Origin: Octopus vulgaris
Taxonomy: Eukaryota
Direction of reading: 5' to 3'
Assembly: GCA_951406725.2 (NCBI GenBank)
Contig: OX597835.1
Span: 46,252,001 to 46,316,000, forward strand
Length of the DNA stretch: 64,000 nt
Shown here in pieces: positions 40,497-53,145 of this stretch (position 1 is its first letter; every line of letters starts with the position of its first letter). The translations under genes were made by a program, and so were the position numbers. Under the pieces are notes generated by a model. The model was not told where the DNA came from, made no database searches, and worked only from the letters and a program-made list of their open reading frames with translations.

Positions 40497-43400
40497 TGTG
40501 TTATATCCTTATGGATAAACAAATACACTGCAACAGAGTAGTAACAATACAAGCGAAACAAACGGCAGTAACCACACGGAACGTAACGACAATGTTTTAA
40601 GAACCAGCAATCCAACTCCAACTGTAAACTTTAAACTACCAACACACGAACTGTGGAACTAGCACAAGGGTTAAAAAAGATGGGGGGACAACACATGGGG
40701 TCGGGTACTTATCGAATGATATTACATATATGAATAAATACATTATAATTTCGGATGAACATGAAAAAATGAATGGACGCGGAATGGGTTTGACCCCACT
40801 AACCACATTCCAGCGTTGAACCGGTTACTTTGTCCTTGTTTTTTACTCCGTTTAACTGGGCACTTACCCAACATTTGAACTACTTCCTTCCATCTTCTTC
40901 CGTACGTCAGGCATTTCTTCTCCAGACATACTTTCCCTCTTAGGTGATATCAAAAGAGGTTAACCAAAGCATGCCCGGAGATGAAATTGCCTGAAGCGAT
41001 ACCTCTTCCACGCGTCTTCCACATCAACTCTTTCTCAATAGCTATTACGGCTAGAAAGCAGAATTTCTCTTCTCCTATTAGAGGAGACGGCGGAACGATT
41101 TTTATAATCTGTGTCAGTATCCGTTCGGTAGAAACCCACATGTCCGAGAGACTCGGACACTTTATGCTTGCATGCAGAACAGTTTCGTTGCTCTGCCCGC
41201 AATGTGGGCACGCAGGCGAAACCGTAACACCGTGCATCGCGAGTTTATCTGAAACTGGCAAGGCACTTCGGAAGCACAGCCAAGCCAGGGACCTTTTTCT
41301 TTAGGTCCCGGGCCGAACGTCCTTCGATGCAGGTTGGCAAGCTGACTTTCATCGAAACCCAGAGTCTCCCTCGGGCCATCATCACACTTGTCCTCTACCA
41401 GCCCCCTATAGTACGCCGAGGTAATACCCCTCCATCGGCATTGCTCGTTCGGGAGAAATGCCGGCTCAAGCGCCTGTCGACACTCTGCGTGCCAAGCCCC
41501 CAGCCGTGGTGTACTCCTGAACCAGAATTCCGGTTCACCAAATGAGGAAATATCTCGCCATGAACGGAGACCACACCCACTCACTGTCCAGGTACAGCCA
41601 GAGATGCCTCAACATCATCGCATGCCTGCGCATCTTTAACCACCGCATCCCTAACCTACCGTTTAGCGGTTGTTGGCAGCTGATATAGTGCCTTACAAGA
41701 GGCCGCCTGCCCCCCCACTCCCCAGAAGTCGAAGCGCCTGTGTTCCATCTTGCTTAGCCACGAATCGGGGGACGGCACGACTGTTAGGCGGTAAGTAATG
41801 ACAGATGCGATAAACACATTTACCGATGGTCTACCCTATCAAAAGCTTTGGATTGGGGTAAATAGACCAATAGAGGTTTGCCAGGAAACCTCTTTACCCT
41901 TTCTAATGTATAGCGTATAAGGTGGAGAGTATCGTATATGTTCCTGCCGGGGATGGCGCAGATTTCCACCTCCCCGACGATACCATCCATGACTTTCGCC
42001 AAACTTTTTGCTAAGTAGAGTGTTAAGCAGAGTGATGGGCCTAAAGTTGTCAATTACGTCCTCATTATTTGGGTCCTTTCTTATCAGTACCACCACTCCC
42101 TGGCTCACAGCCGCGGGAATACAGTCCGGTGAAATGGTCTTGTAAGGCCGTACACATCTCCTCGCGTTGAGTTACCGTTTGTCCCTGTTGGTTCGTCAGA
42201 TACAATGTGGCATTATTGCCACGCTGAGACCCACGTGCCCATCCCGCGGAGTTGATACCCACCCATGACCCATTGCACGTATCTTCGCTCTTAATCTGCA
42301 AACCTTGTACTTAACCTTGAGGTGATGGCTGAGCGCTGTTCTCACGGTCAACACTCGAGAAGCATAGCCAGATCTCATTGTCTCCTCTAATGCATTAGCT
42401 AAGGCCCTTTCTACACTATTTCTATTCTTAGCTAACTCTCTACTAAATTTAATCGAGTTTATTTTATGGCTCTTTTGAGAGCATACCACCATTTGCTGTT
42501 AATAATCGACCCTCTCAATCCCCTAATCACTATCTGTCCAATCCGACTACTGTAGGCTTCACAGGACAATAGCGACTCGTTTAGCTTCCAGTAGTCGCAT
42601 CCCTGTCTACTCATGCTATCTACGTCCAGCTTACAGGTCACCAGTTTGTGATCACTGTAGCTGACAATGGTTAATTGCTGACAACTAGCTATATTCTTAT
42701 CCTCAATCCTAATTAATCTTCTGTCTAGGTAAGATTTAGATGGACCATCTTTTCTTGACCATGTCCACTGTAGAACATCCGGGGCTTTTCTGTAGAACAT
42801 TGTATCGATCTGCCAGCTGGAAACGTCTGAGCAAATCTTTCAGGCAAGAGCTTACCTTCCTGAAACGATTTGAACCAGCATAATCTACGCGTGCATCGCA
42901 GATTGTATTTTGAGTCGCCTAAGACCACTAACGTGTGTGACGTACTCAGAAGGTTTCCCAGGTTTTTGAAGAAGTCAGGCTGCCCAGTTTCCACCGGGTC
43001 ATAGACCACCACCAACCTGAAGGTCTTACCACAACTGAGTGTCACATCTAGGACGACCAGCCCGCCTTCCGGATCGATAAAGGTTGTTCTAGTTTCTAGT
43101 TTGAGCGCCTTCGTAAGTAGAACTACGACTCCCCTCGCAGATCTCGGTTGACATGGAGAAATGACTTTCTCGTAGTCGTTAAGGAGTAGTGCAAAGTCCT
43201 GCAGTGCCCTCAGTCTGATGTGACCTGAGATGGTTTAGGAGACAACTTACTTCCAATCCGATTTCAGGCCACGCACATTTTTATACACCCTAAATTAAGC
43301 GAGTTATTAATAACCGTTATGGCCGTGTGTGGTGGGAGGGTTGCGGTTTGTGTATCCTGCAGCTGTGTTTGCATTCAGCCCTCATGTGCACTTTTGGCCA

Positions 43401-44524
43401 CATTTATAACACCTGGGCTTCCTTCCTTCCACGTTTGCTCTCAACTTCGTCTCCTCCACCGAAATTATATCAATAATATTTTCTAAATCCTCTAGGGCGA
43501 CCTGAATTATCAACTGTTCTACCCAGTTTTGTTTTTGGTACATGCAAGCTTGAAAGATAGGTATTTTATCCTCCAAGCCAATTAATATTGCATCAATAAG
43601 CCAGGAAACATCAATTTCCGGTTGTATTCCCTCCACCCTTAACTTGGAAGTTTGTCTATCAAAGTATGAGCCACCTCGGCTGTTTTCAACTAGTTCGTTG
43701 AATGTTGCCTGGCTTTTTCTTCGGCACGGAAACGCACCTCCACCGTATCGCTTTCCCATGGTTATGTAAATAACATCCATCTAAATGGGGCGAAAACATT
43801 TCTCCACTGCTTCTTCAGTCACCTGCTCTATTCTTTTTGTTTTGTTTGACACTGTTTTGTAAGTCACAGTTTCCCTTGCTGCATTCTGTATAATGTCACC
43901 GGGAGGTGAAACTTTCTCCCCGTTACACTCTCTACGTAATCTATTCTTATAGCTGCCCGGTTCAAAGCAGACGATTTCTTTTGCCACGGTAGCAGCCGAC
44001 GCAAAGTTTACGTTTTACTCCGCGTTTTCTTCTTTTCCGCTCTGGTCTGCTTTCTTCTGCCTTTCTTTCTCTTGTCGTCTGCATTCTGCGCCGTTTTCTT
44101 CCAGACAACTCGCCATTAGCGTTTACTCGTCGCTTGACAAGCTGTTCATGTTTCACTCAAAAAATGTTTAACCTTGAAATTCTACCTCCCTCTTCCAGGA
44201 AGAGGGAATGTGTCTCTTGTCTGCGACACGGCAGAAATGCAATCTTTTTCTAAACAAATTCAATTGGAATTAATTCTAAAACATTAGCTGCATACACTTA
44301 CTTCAGATTTTATTTTTTCCTCTCCGCTTCCAAATTCTTCACACCTTCATTAACAAGCTCGTGGCGATATTTAACAGCCGTTCTTTCAACCCTTCCACTG
44401 CAAAAAAGATAAATAAATAAAAGGAAATAGCTCAAATTCCCTTACTTAGTTAGACCGCTACTATTTATATGTAGTGGCCCAGTCCATTCTCGCCAGCGGG
44501 GCATCGTGCTCTCACACAACATCA
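40497..44524 (-). mobile_element. Tx1/L1-like LINE: ORF1 with zinc knuckle, APE endonuclease, deleted RT, C-terminal zf-RVT; nested in SINE B
   Basis: ORF1 VEGRKPRCYKCGQK; EN FRLVVVY..VVLGD..WTW..SYLDR..YSDHKLV..YWKLNESLL; RT NFRPITLLN, IPGRNIYD, SKAFDRV; zf ACPHCGQSNETVLH..C; many frameshifts. Confidence 0.9.
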
Positions 44525-45295
44525 CGGCAGAATTTGAACTCAGAACGTAAAGACGGACGAAATGCCGCTGAGAATTGTGGCAAGTAGGCAAACGATTCTA
44601 CTATCTCACCGCCTCGACGGAGATGGTAATATTGGTTTGAAGTTTTCAAATTGGTGGGAAGCGATAAATCGATGATATCAATCCATGTGCTTAACTGATT
44701 GATATTTTATCCTCCTCGAAACGATGAAAGGCAAAGCCGACACCAGCGTCATTTCATCTCAGGATTTTAAGACGGACAACATGCTTCTAAGCATTTTGAC
44801 TGGCGTGCTAATGGTTTGGTCAGCTCGCCGCCGTAAAGACATTAATAACACTACGTCGAAATTTTGGTACGCGGTCAGAAGTCTCCAAGGAAGGAGACGT
44901 CAATTATATCGACCTCAGCGCCCAACTGTTACTTATTTTATCGATACCGAAAGATTGAAAGACAAAGTTGACCTCGGAGGAATTTGAACTCAGAACGTGA
45001 AGACGGACGAAATTCCCCTAAGCATTTTCCTCAACGTGATAACGATTCTGCCAGATCACCGCTTTAAAGACGAAATATTGTTTCTACTACAGGCACAATG
45101 ACTGATATTTCGAGTGGAGTGGACTATTCGATTACATTGATCCCAGTGTTTAACTGGTACTTATTTCATCGACTCTGAAAGGACAAAAGGCAAAGTCGAC
45201 CTCGGCGGAATTTGAACTCAGATCGCAAAGACGGACAAAATGCCGCCAAACATTTTTCCCGGGCATGCTAATGATTTTATCATCTCGCCGCGTTA
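44525..45295 (-). mobile_element. Tandem array of about four SINE B units
   Basis: Repeated GTCGACCTCGGCGGAATTTGAACTCAGA..AAGACGGAC..AATGC..ATTCTGCCAGCTCGCCGC blocks. Confidence 0.85.
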
Positions 45296-45329
45296 AGGTA
45301 GATGATAATATTAACAACAAGTCTAACCG

Positions 45330-46040
45330 CTCCTTAACTCGTAAGTGTTAAAACACGTCACATCGCCGAAGGTTACGCCATTGTTATCCAAGAGCAGGAA
45401 ATATCAATGAAATATTTCATGAGCAAAGGGTGGAGTGAAGCCATTAAACTCCCAAGATGCAAACGCAAATGTCGATTATGTCATTCTTCTGTGGGAGACA
45501 TAAAACATACATCTGTTGCCCAAAAACGTCATCTGGTTTCTATTTAATACTCTGACATGGTGATGTGGTTAAAACAATATACAATGCCATCGGTAGCAAA
45601 GCGCGCCCTTGGGAAGGAGAAACAATTCAGACAAGGAATCCATACATGTCAGTGAATAAGGAATATATGCGGAACATTCACGTCAAAACTACTACCAAGT
45701 GCAGATACAACAGGAATGGTATAGTAATTTAGGGGAACAATGTCAGAATTAAGCATCGTTGCCATACTAATGTTTTTTAAGGCCTTACAGATGAGATTAT
45801 CATTTCCAGGATCACGAAGAAGCAGAATGTATATGGACAACAATTTAGAAGCTTGCAACACGTTTGCTCTCGTTTTGAATTCGTGTTTATATCAATAATC
45901 ATTGCAGCCCTTGGTTAAACTAGTAAATATCTAAGTTACCATTTGAAAAAAAAAACTAGATATTTCTCGTAAAGTAACAGACCGTCGAAAATGCACATTC
46001 GGAAGATATAAACAGTAAATATACGCAAGCCTTTCCGTAA
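45330..46040 (+). pseudogene. Highly decayed R4-like LINE 3' region (CCHC + REL)
   Basis: EGYAIVIQEQEISMKY, CRLCHSSVGDIKH; similar to 55181-55800. Confidence 0.65.
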
Positions 46041-46170
46041 GATCAACAATGATAAAATTCTGTCAGAGAAGAATTTCATAAAAAATAATTAGTGTGGGTG
46101 TGTATATTGTATATATGTATGTATATATTCATACACCTGTCTCCGTCCTTTGTTATTCTATAAATTATAG

Positions 46171-46261
<91 letters not shown>

Positions 46262-46404
46262 GGTTTGGGGCGTAAATACACCAGCATCGGTTGTCAAGCG
46301 ATGGGGTGAGGAAACACAGACACACTCACACATAATTATATACATACATACATACATACATACATACATTTATATATATATACATACATATATATATACG
46401 ATGG

Positions 46405-46475
46405 GCTATAAGATGTTACTCGTCCACAAAACTATGAGTCCACTGTATCTTATAGCAGAAACAGCTGTAAGACAT
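46405..46475 (+). ncRNA. 5'-truncated hammerhead (stem II + GAAA + stem III + GUA)
   Basis: GCTATAAGAT...ATCTTATAGC-A-GAAA-C-AGCT-G-TA; no CUGAUGA; homologue on the minus strand at ~47605-47685. Confidence 0.6.
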
Positions 46476-46549
46476 TCTATCTATGTATGTTCTAAAATCT
46501 ACACACCCTTGGTTTTTATCTCATTACCAAAAAAATTATATATATATAT

Positions 46550-46913
46550 TCATTTACTCTTGTACTTATTTCAGTCATTTGAGTGCGGCCATGCTGCAGC
46601 ACCGCCTTTAGTTATACAAATCGACCACATGACTTTTTCCTTGTAGGCCTAGTACTTATTCTATCGGTAATTTTTGGGCCGAACCGCTAAGTTACGCTTG
46701 TCATGTGATAGGGGGGGGGCACAAACACAGACACGCACACACACACATATATGACGGGCTACTTTCAGTTTCCGTCTACCAAACCGACTCACAAGTTTTT
46801 GGTCGGCCCGCGCTATAGTAGAAGAGACTTGCCCAAAGTGGCATGCAGTGAGACTGAACCCGGGACCATGTGGTAGGGAAGCTAGCTTCTTACCACTCAG
46901 CCATACCTACACC
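46550..46913 (-). mobile_element. SINE family A
   Basis: Full head and tail match family A. Confidence 0.88.
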
Positions 46914-46979
46914 TAAAAGAAATAGAGCTACGGATGATTTTATCTGGGGTGCTAAAGGTTCCAGCAGCTCGCCTTGTAT

Positions 46980-47521
46980 ATTTTTTGTCAACTTATTTTT
47001 CCCGAGGCACCCGAGGATAGCGTAAAAACCTATTTTCAGCCATAGCTTTTAGCCATAAAAAATATCAGCCATATATTTTTGACGGCGTCTAACAAAAAAA
47101 GATAAAGAAAAGTGGAAGAACGAAAGACACAGTGAGAGAGGGAGAGAGAGAATAAGTGACGACGTTCATAAAATATAAAATGTAAAATGTTTTTTTTTCT
47201 TAAACTCGATATATAGTGTTCAAATTCAGGATGATTTTGAAAGACACTATATTTTATAATCATAGTATATATACTTTCTAACACAACAATTACAATATAC
47301 TTATTTTGAATCATTTATTATTTTTTAAATCGTTCATCTTTCTCCTCCTCCTCTCTCTCTCACACATTACTTCGTGTGCGAAAGAGTTTTGTTTTTCTTT
47401 TACGCCGAGTAAAAAAGTGTTTTGTTGAGAGACGATATTACTTAGTTTGGTTTGAAATAAATAACTTGATTAGCTTAATAATCGTAACTTAATCCCGAGC
47501 AAGGCTGGGTTATACTGCTAG
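46980..47521 (+). mobile_element. Non-autonomous Helitron-like element, intact 3' end
   Basis: Sub-terminal hairpin CCCGAGC-AAG-GCTGGG (47494-47509), then CTAG|T at 47518-47522. Confidence 0.8.
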
Positions 47522-47964
47522 TATATATATATATATATTTATATATATATGTATAAGAAAATGAGATGACAATGTAATAAATGATTATCTTATGAACTTC
47601 ATCAGCTTACAGCTGTTTCTGCTATGAGATGCAGTGAACTCATTATTTTGTGGCCGAGTAACACTTTATAGATTCACTAGGGTGTTAAACATGAAGTGCA
47701 ATATATTTGGGAAAATCGTGTATACTTTCATACACACACATATACACACAGACATATACACACACACATATATAAGTTTGCATGTATGTAATTATTCAGT
47801 TCATTTCAGATTTCTTGACAATAGAGAAAGAACCACTTTCTAACCTAGATCCAAGACTCCTTCATTGGCATTTCAGCATTAATATCAGGGTATCTTTGTT
47901 TGTATGTATGTATGTATGTATGTATGTATGTATGTATGTTTGTATGTATGTATGTATGTATGTG

Positions 47965-48405
47965 CAGATTTGTATGTTTTCTGTATATATTCTCATGCAT
48001 ATAGTTGCATATCTAGACATGCTCATACATATTTAAATGATAAACTTCTGGAAAGTTTTACAGATTTTTACAGTTCCAGTGATGGATTCGAGCTGTAGTC
48101 TTCGAATCAGCTTTTTCCTTTCTAGTCTTGAGAAACTTAATTTCTCAAGGTTGATATTTAGGTGGTTTGTTACATATCCCAGGACCCCAATAATTACAGG
48201 TATAAACCTAAACTTGTATTCTGGATAGAATAACTGCAGATTTCTCAATAGTTCAGCATAGGTGTTCTATTTTTCACTGATATTCAGCTTTATGTTTTAA
48301 CATCCGCTGAGCAGCAAATTTCCACAGCTGTGCACAGTTTCTCTTCTCTATCCCAAATCCTTATATCAAGTCTGTTGTGCTTACATATTATTGGGGTCTT
48401 CACTG
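47965..48405 (-). mobile_element. R4-like LINE 3' fragment (REL) between (TATG)n tracts
   Basis: LRNLQLFYP.YKFRFIPVIIGVLGYV..LQLESITGTVKICKTF; homologous to 55181-55606. Confidence 0.8.
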
Positions 48406-48924
48406 TATGTATGTATGTATGTATGTATGTATGTATGTATGCACGTGCACATATACAGGTACATACTGATATGTCTCTATATGTGCGATTGTGTATTATT
48501 ATTATATTATTCGTGATATAAGGGCTTGTGAAGAATTTGTATGTTTTGGGGCATCAGTGTGTGGATGTAGTGCGTGCGTGTGTGTTCTCGTGTATGCTTG
48601 TGTGTTTATACTTGTGCGTGTGTGTGTGTTTTATATTATGTTGCTCTGTGTGTGTGTGTGTGTGTGTGCGTGTGCGTGTGTGTGTGTGTGCTTGCTTGTT
48701 TGTACAGTACTGATTGTCATATGGAAGCATAAAAGTTTCGCTTTGAAGTCAATTCTTTCTAATCAAATACATCTTCACTTTGTCCTCATCCGTCTCCGTT
48801 TCACCTCACCCCATCTCCCTTTTGAACAGCCACACACTTTCTTTCTCCTTGCACACTTTTGCAATTACACTTCGTCTCTTTTGCTCCATCCCTCTTTCTT
48901 TCTCATACATATATATATGTGCGT

Positions 48925-48958
<34 letters not shown>

Positions 48959-50893
48959 TGCTTGTGCCATTCCCATTTTCCTCTATTTTCCCGTCACTCT
49001 CTCTCTCTCTCTCTCTCTCTCTCCTTTTCTCCAATTACAATATTTCTTTTGAATACAAGTTTGTGCTGCTCTTTACGTGATATCCTTCTACGCTTCAACC
49101 ACTTGATGCACATACACCATACAGCACACACACACTCACACACACACACACAAGTAGATACGCTCGCACACACAGGCGCATTTACATAAACCCTCTCTTT
49201 CACTCTTGTAGGATATCTCACTCACTCTCTCTCGCTCTCTATCAAACACTGTATCTCACTCTTCTTCTCTTTCCCTCCCATTCTCTTCCTCTCCACTTCC
49301 TTCTTACACATTTCATTGTCCTGCACTGATACACGTTTGTCTTTTTTCCTTTGACCAATTACTGCATTTCGGTCGTAATACAAACACACCTGTGCACATA
49401 CACTCTCACACACACACACATGCACATATTAGCACACAAATACACTAATACACATACGTAGATGCACACTCCAATACACACACACACACACACAAATATA
49501 CAGCAGCTTGAGTATCGAACTGGAGAAGAAAACGGAGTGAAAACAACGGTTTTAAGAGCTGCTAGCAATGAAAGCAGTAGCTTGCTACAACCTGACGGTA
49601 ATTAGCGAAGCAAATCCACTATATTTTTATGATGAGCACAAGACATTAAATTCATCTTTACAACACCATCATGATTAAGTGCTCACTCGGCTTGATGAGG
49701 ACATAGGCCAAGCACACCAACACCTGGCCAGATATTACGAAGTGCGTTACGACAGCTATTGCAATCAGCGAGAATAATACACTATTACACACATGGCTTG
49801 CACTGAGGGTCATTCCCCTCAGCGTCTGTCAGCTGGAAGTAATACGATGCCAGCACGTCACGACAGTATCGGTGTCTCCAGTGGTACAGAGCGGTTGTCA
49901 CATCACTCAGAAATGCTCCGATTCATTTACCCCGACACTTTAGCACATTCCCCTGTCCGTATTCATTCCTTTCTCTTTCTCTTATCCATACAACAATCTC
50001 ACCCAACCAGACACGGCAGCAATAATTTGCGTTGCTAAATTGATGAGAATAAGATCTTTTCGACTTCTTATGCTCTGTGCCATCCCACTGCTCGGCACTT
50101 CCTACTACAGCCCCGAGTCGAATAATGCCTCGTCAGTAATATATGCAGATGGAAAATGTGCAGAAGCACATTGTATATGTATACATGTGTGTATAGGTGT
50201 GTGTGGTTATTATGTATATGTATGGGTGAGTGCTTGTGTTTGTCCCTTCAAGCACTGGATAACGAGTATTCATTTGCTGACGTCCCCACGACTCGCAGAT
50301 TTGGTAAAACAGGCGAATAGAATAAGTACCAGATTGCAAAATAGCTATCAGCATCGTTTTGTTGGTGCGAAAACATGGCCGGAGATCAATAACTCAGACA
50401 ACTAAATGATAACGCTTCCTAGAATTGATGTAAAGGGCGATCCATTGTGGCCTCAATTTTCTGGAAATGTGCTTGTTTTAGAAACGACTATTATTACTAA
50501 TATTACTCAGTATATCCAACAAAACCTAATGAAGTGGAATATTTGGCTTCACATGACCGAGGCAGTAGCTTAAATGTTGTCCTCCTGTAATCCTTTCAGT
50601 AGACACAATAAATAATGGTTACTGGTAGCTACGACTGCCAATTAGCGGACAGTTCGTTTCACTGGCTGAGAATTTAATACAACCGAATAATATGTTTATC
50701 AGGTTAGTATATGCATTCATGTATGCATACATACATACATACATACATACATACATACATAAATACATACATATATGCGTACATACATGCATACATACAT
50801 ACTTACATTTATTCATAAATATACACACACTTATGTACATATATATATATTCACATATCAATTCATAAATGTTCATATATGAACGCATATATG

Positions 50894-50952
<59 letters not shown>

Positions 50953-51771
50953 CATACACCTATAGATAAATGTTGCTTATATACATACATACGTACATAC
51001 ATACATACATGCTTACATACATTCATAAATATACGCACACACATATATGTACATACATATATATATATATATATTCACATATCAACTCATAATTGTATAT
51101 ATGTGCGCATATATGTACATATATAATATATATATATACATATATACATACACACACATATATATAATATACATATACATGTATATTCATATATACTTTC
51201 ACACATGTGTGTATATGTATGTTGTGTGTATGTGAGTTGTGTGTGCTTGTATGTGTGTGTATGTATATGTGTTGTGTATATATCTGTGTGAGTGTTGTAC
51301 GTGTATGTGTGTGTATGTATGTGTGCGTGTGTGTGTGTACAGGTGAGTGCAAGTCTGCATCGGCGAAATTTAATCCATAACCATTCGGAGATAAATATAT
51401 AATACAGTGAATCAATTTATTGTTAGGAATGGTAATTCCAACTTTTGGTACATTTGACTTTGAAACTTCAGCCGATTAAATATAATAAAATAAACATATA
51501 CTAATGTATCGAGTCCTACTTATCGTGTACGTTCTACAAAGTCGCACGCACACACACACACGCACACACACACACACACATAAATTCAAGTGTTACCATA
51601 CATGAATTTCTGTATATTTATTTCTATGCGTATGATCTTATGAAGATCGTCGTATGATTTCATCAAGAAGCAATGTTTTGTTGTTAATGAGAATTCTTAC
51701 TTTCATTCCATATGAAATGCATCGATAAATACAGGCACCGCGAAGAAAGTTAGAGTTTTACAACAGAAGTA

Positions 51772-52110
51772 CAGTAATCCCTCGGCTATCGCGGATGTTA
51801 CGTTCGAAACCCCAACCCCGCGATTGGTGAAAATCCGCGAAGTAGAAACAGTACTGAGCTGTATGTATTTATTACTCTTTACTCTTTTTACTCTTTTACT
51901 TGTTTCAGTCATTTGACTGCGGCCATGCTGGAGCACCGCCTTTAGTCGAGTAAATCGACACCGGGACTTATTCTTTGTAAGCCCAGTACTTATTCTATCG
52001 GTCTCTTTTGCCGAACCGCTAAGTGACGGGGACATAAGCACACCAGTATCGGTTGTCAAGCAATGCTAGAGGGACAAACACAGACACACAAACATATACA
52101 CACACATACA

Positions 52111-52161
<51 letters not shown>

Positions 52162-52387
52162 GACAGGCTTCTTTCAGTTTCCGTCTACCAGATCCACTCA
52201 CAAGTCTTTGGTCGGCGGTTGGTTAGCAAGCTACTTACCACACAGCCACTCCCGCGCCTATTATTATTTTTTTTTATAGTTGGTATTATATAATTATTAT
52301 AAATGCAAAACAGCCCCACGGGGGAATCGAAGTAAGCTTAAATAATAAACTGCGTTAGATGAACCGTGATATGGCGAGGGGTTACTG
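51772..52387. mobile_element. pogo/Tigger-like MITE interrupted by SINE A (51873-52258)
   Basis: TIRs CAGTAATCCCTCGGCTATCGCGG / CAGTAACCCCTCGCCATATCACGG, TA on both sides. Confidence 0.8.
51873..52258 (-). mobile_element. SINE A with internal deletion in the head
   Basis: Near-identical to 8747-9224 but jumps from GGTCGGC to GGTTGGT. Confidence 0.9.
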
Positions 52388-52399
52388 TAATGGTTTCTG

Positions 52400-53145
52400 A
52401 TGTGGGTACAATCCCAGCAAATTTGATGGGAAGAGGCTAGGGAATTCCATTGAATCCGGCACAAGACTGTTAATATATTTCATCGACTTTGCAGGGTTAA
52501 AAATCGAAGTTCACTCCAGTGACATTTGAATTCAGAACGTAAAGTTACGGACGAACGATTGTCGGGGAATTTCTTAGACGCGCCGCTCTAACGAATCAGC
52601 TGCTCATGCGAGAACAATAACATCAACAGTAAAACAATTTGTTTCCCTCCAAAGAACAAAACGCCAACAACAACAACAATAATAATAATAATTACAGACA
52701 GAGGTAGGTACAAGGCAAGTCATTTTGAGAAGTGATTAGTCCAGGCACCGACTAGTACCTTCTTTCAACTTATCGGCCCAGGAGGTTGAAAGGCAGAGAT
52801 GACCTTAGAAAACTTTGAACTCTGAATATAAAGAGCCGGGACATGCATCATAAATCATTTGGCCAACAATGTATGATTCTGCCTATTCCCTGGTTTCTAA
52901 TAAACCATTTTAATATAAGCACAAGGCTAGCAATTTTAAAAGGGGTCAGTCGGTTGATAGCATTTTCCCAGTACATTATTCATAATTCATTTTCACCGAC
53001 CCAGGACGTGTGAAAAACAACATTGCACTTAGTCGGATTTGAACTCAGAACGTAGAGAGCAAGAAAAAACAAAACAAATGCCACAAAGGGTAGTTATATG
53101 TTTTGTTTGTTTGCTTTTTTACCGACGCTCTAATTGTCTGCCAGA
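52400..53145 (-). mobile_element. Three decayed tandem SINE B units
   Basis: TTTGAAYTCWGAAYRTA motif at ~52525, ~52815 and ~53038. Confidence 0.65.

Noticed and set aside
40497-44524. LTR retrotransposon because of TG...CA ends
   Set aside because: No long direct repeats or integrase; coding content is APE-type non-LTR.
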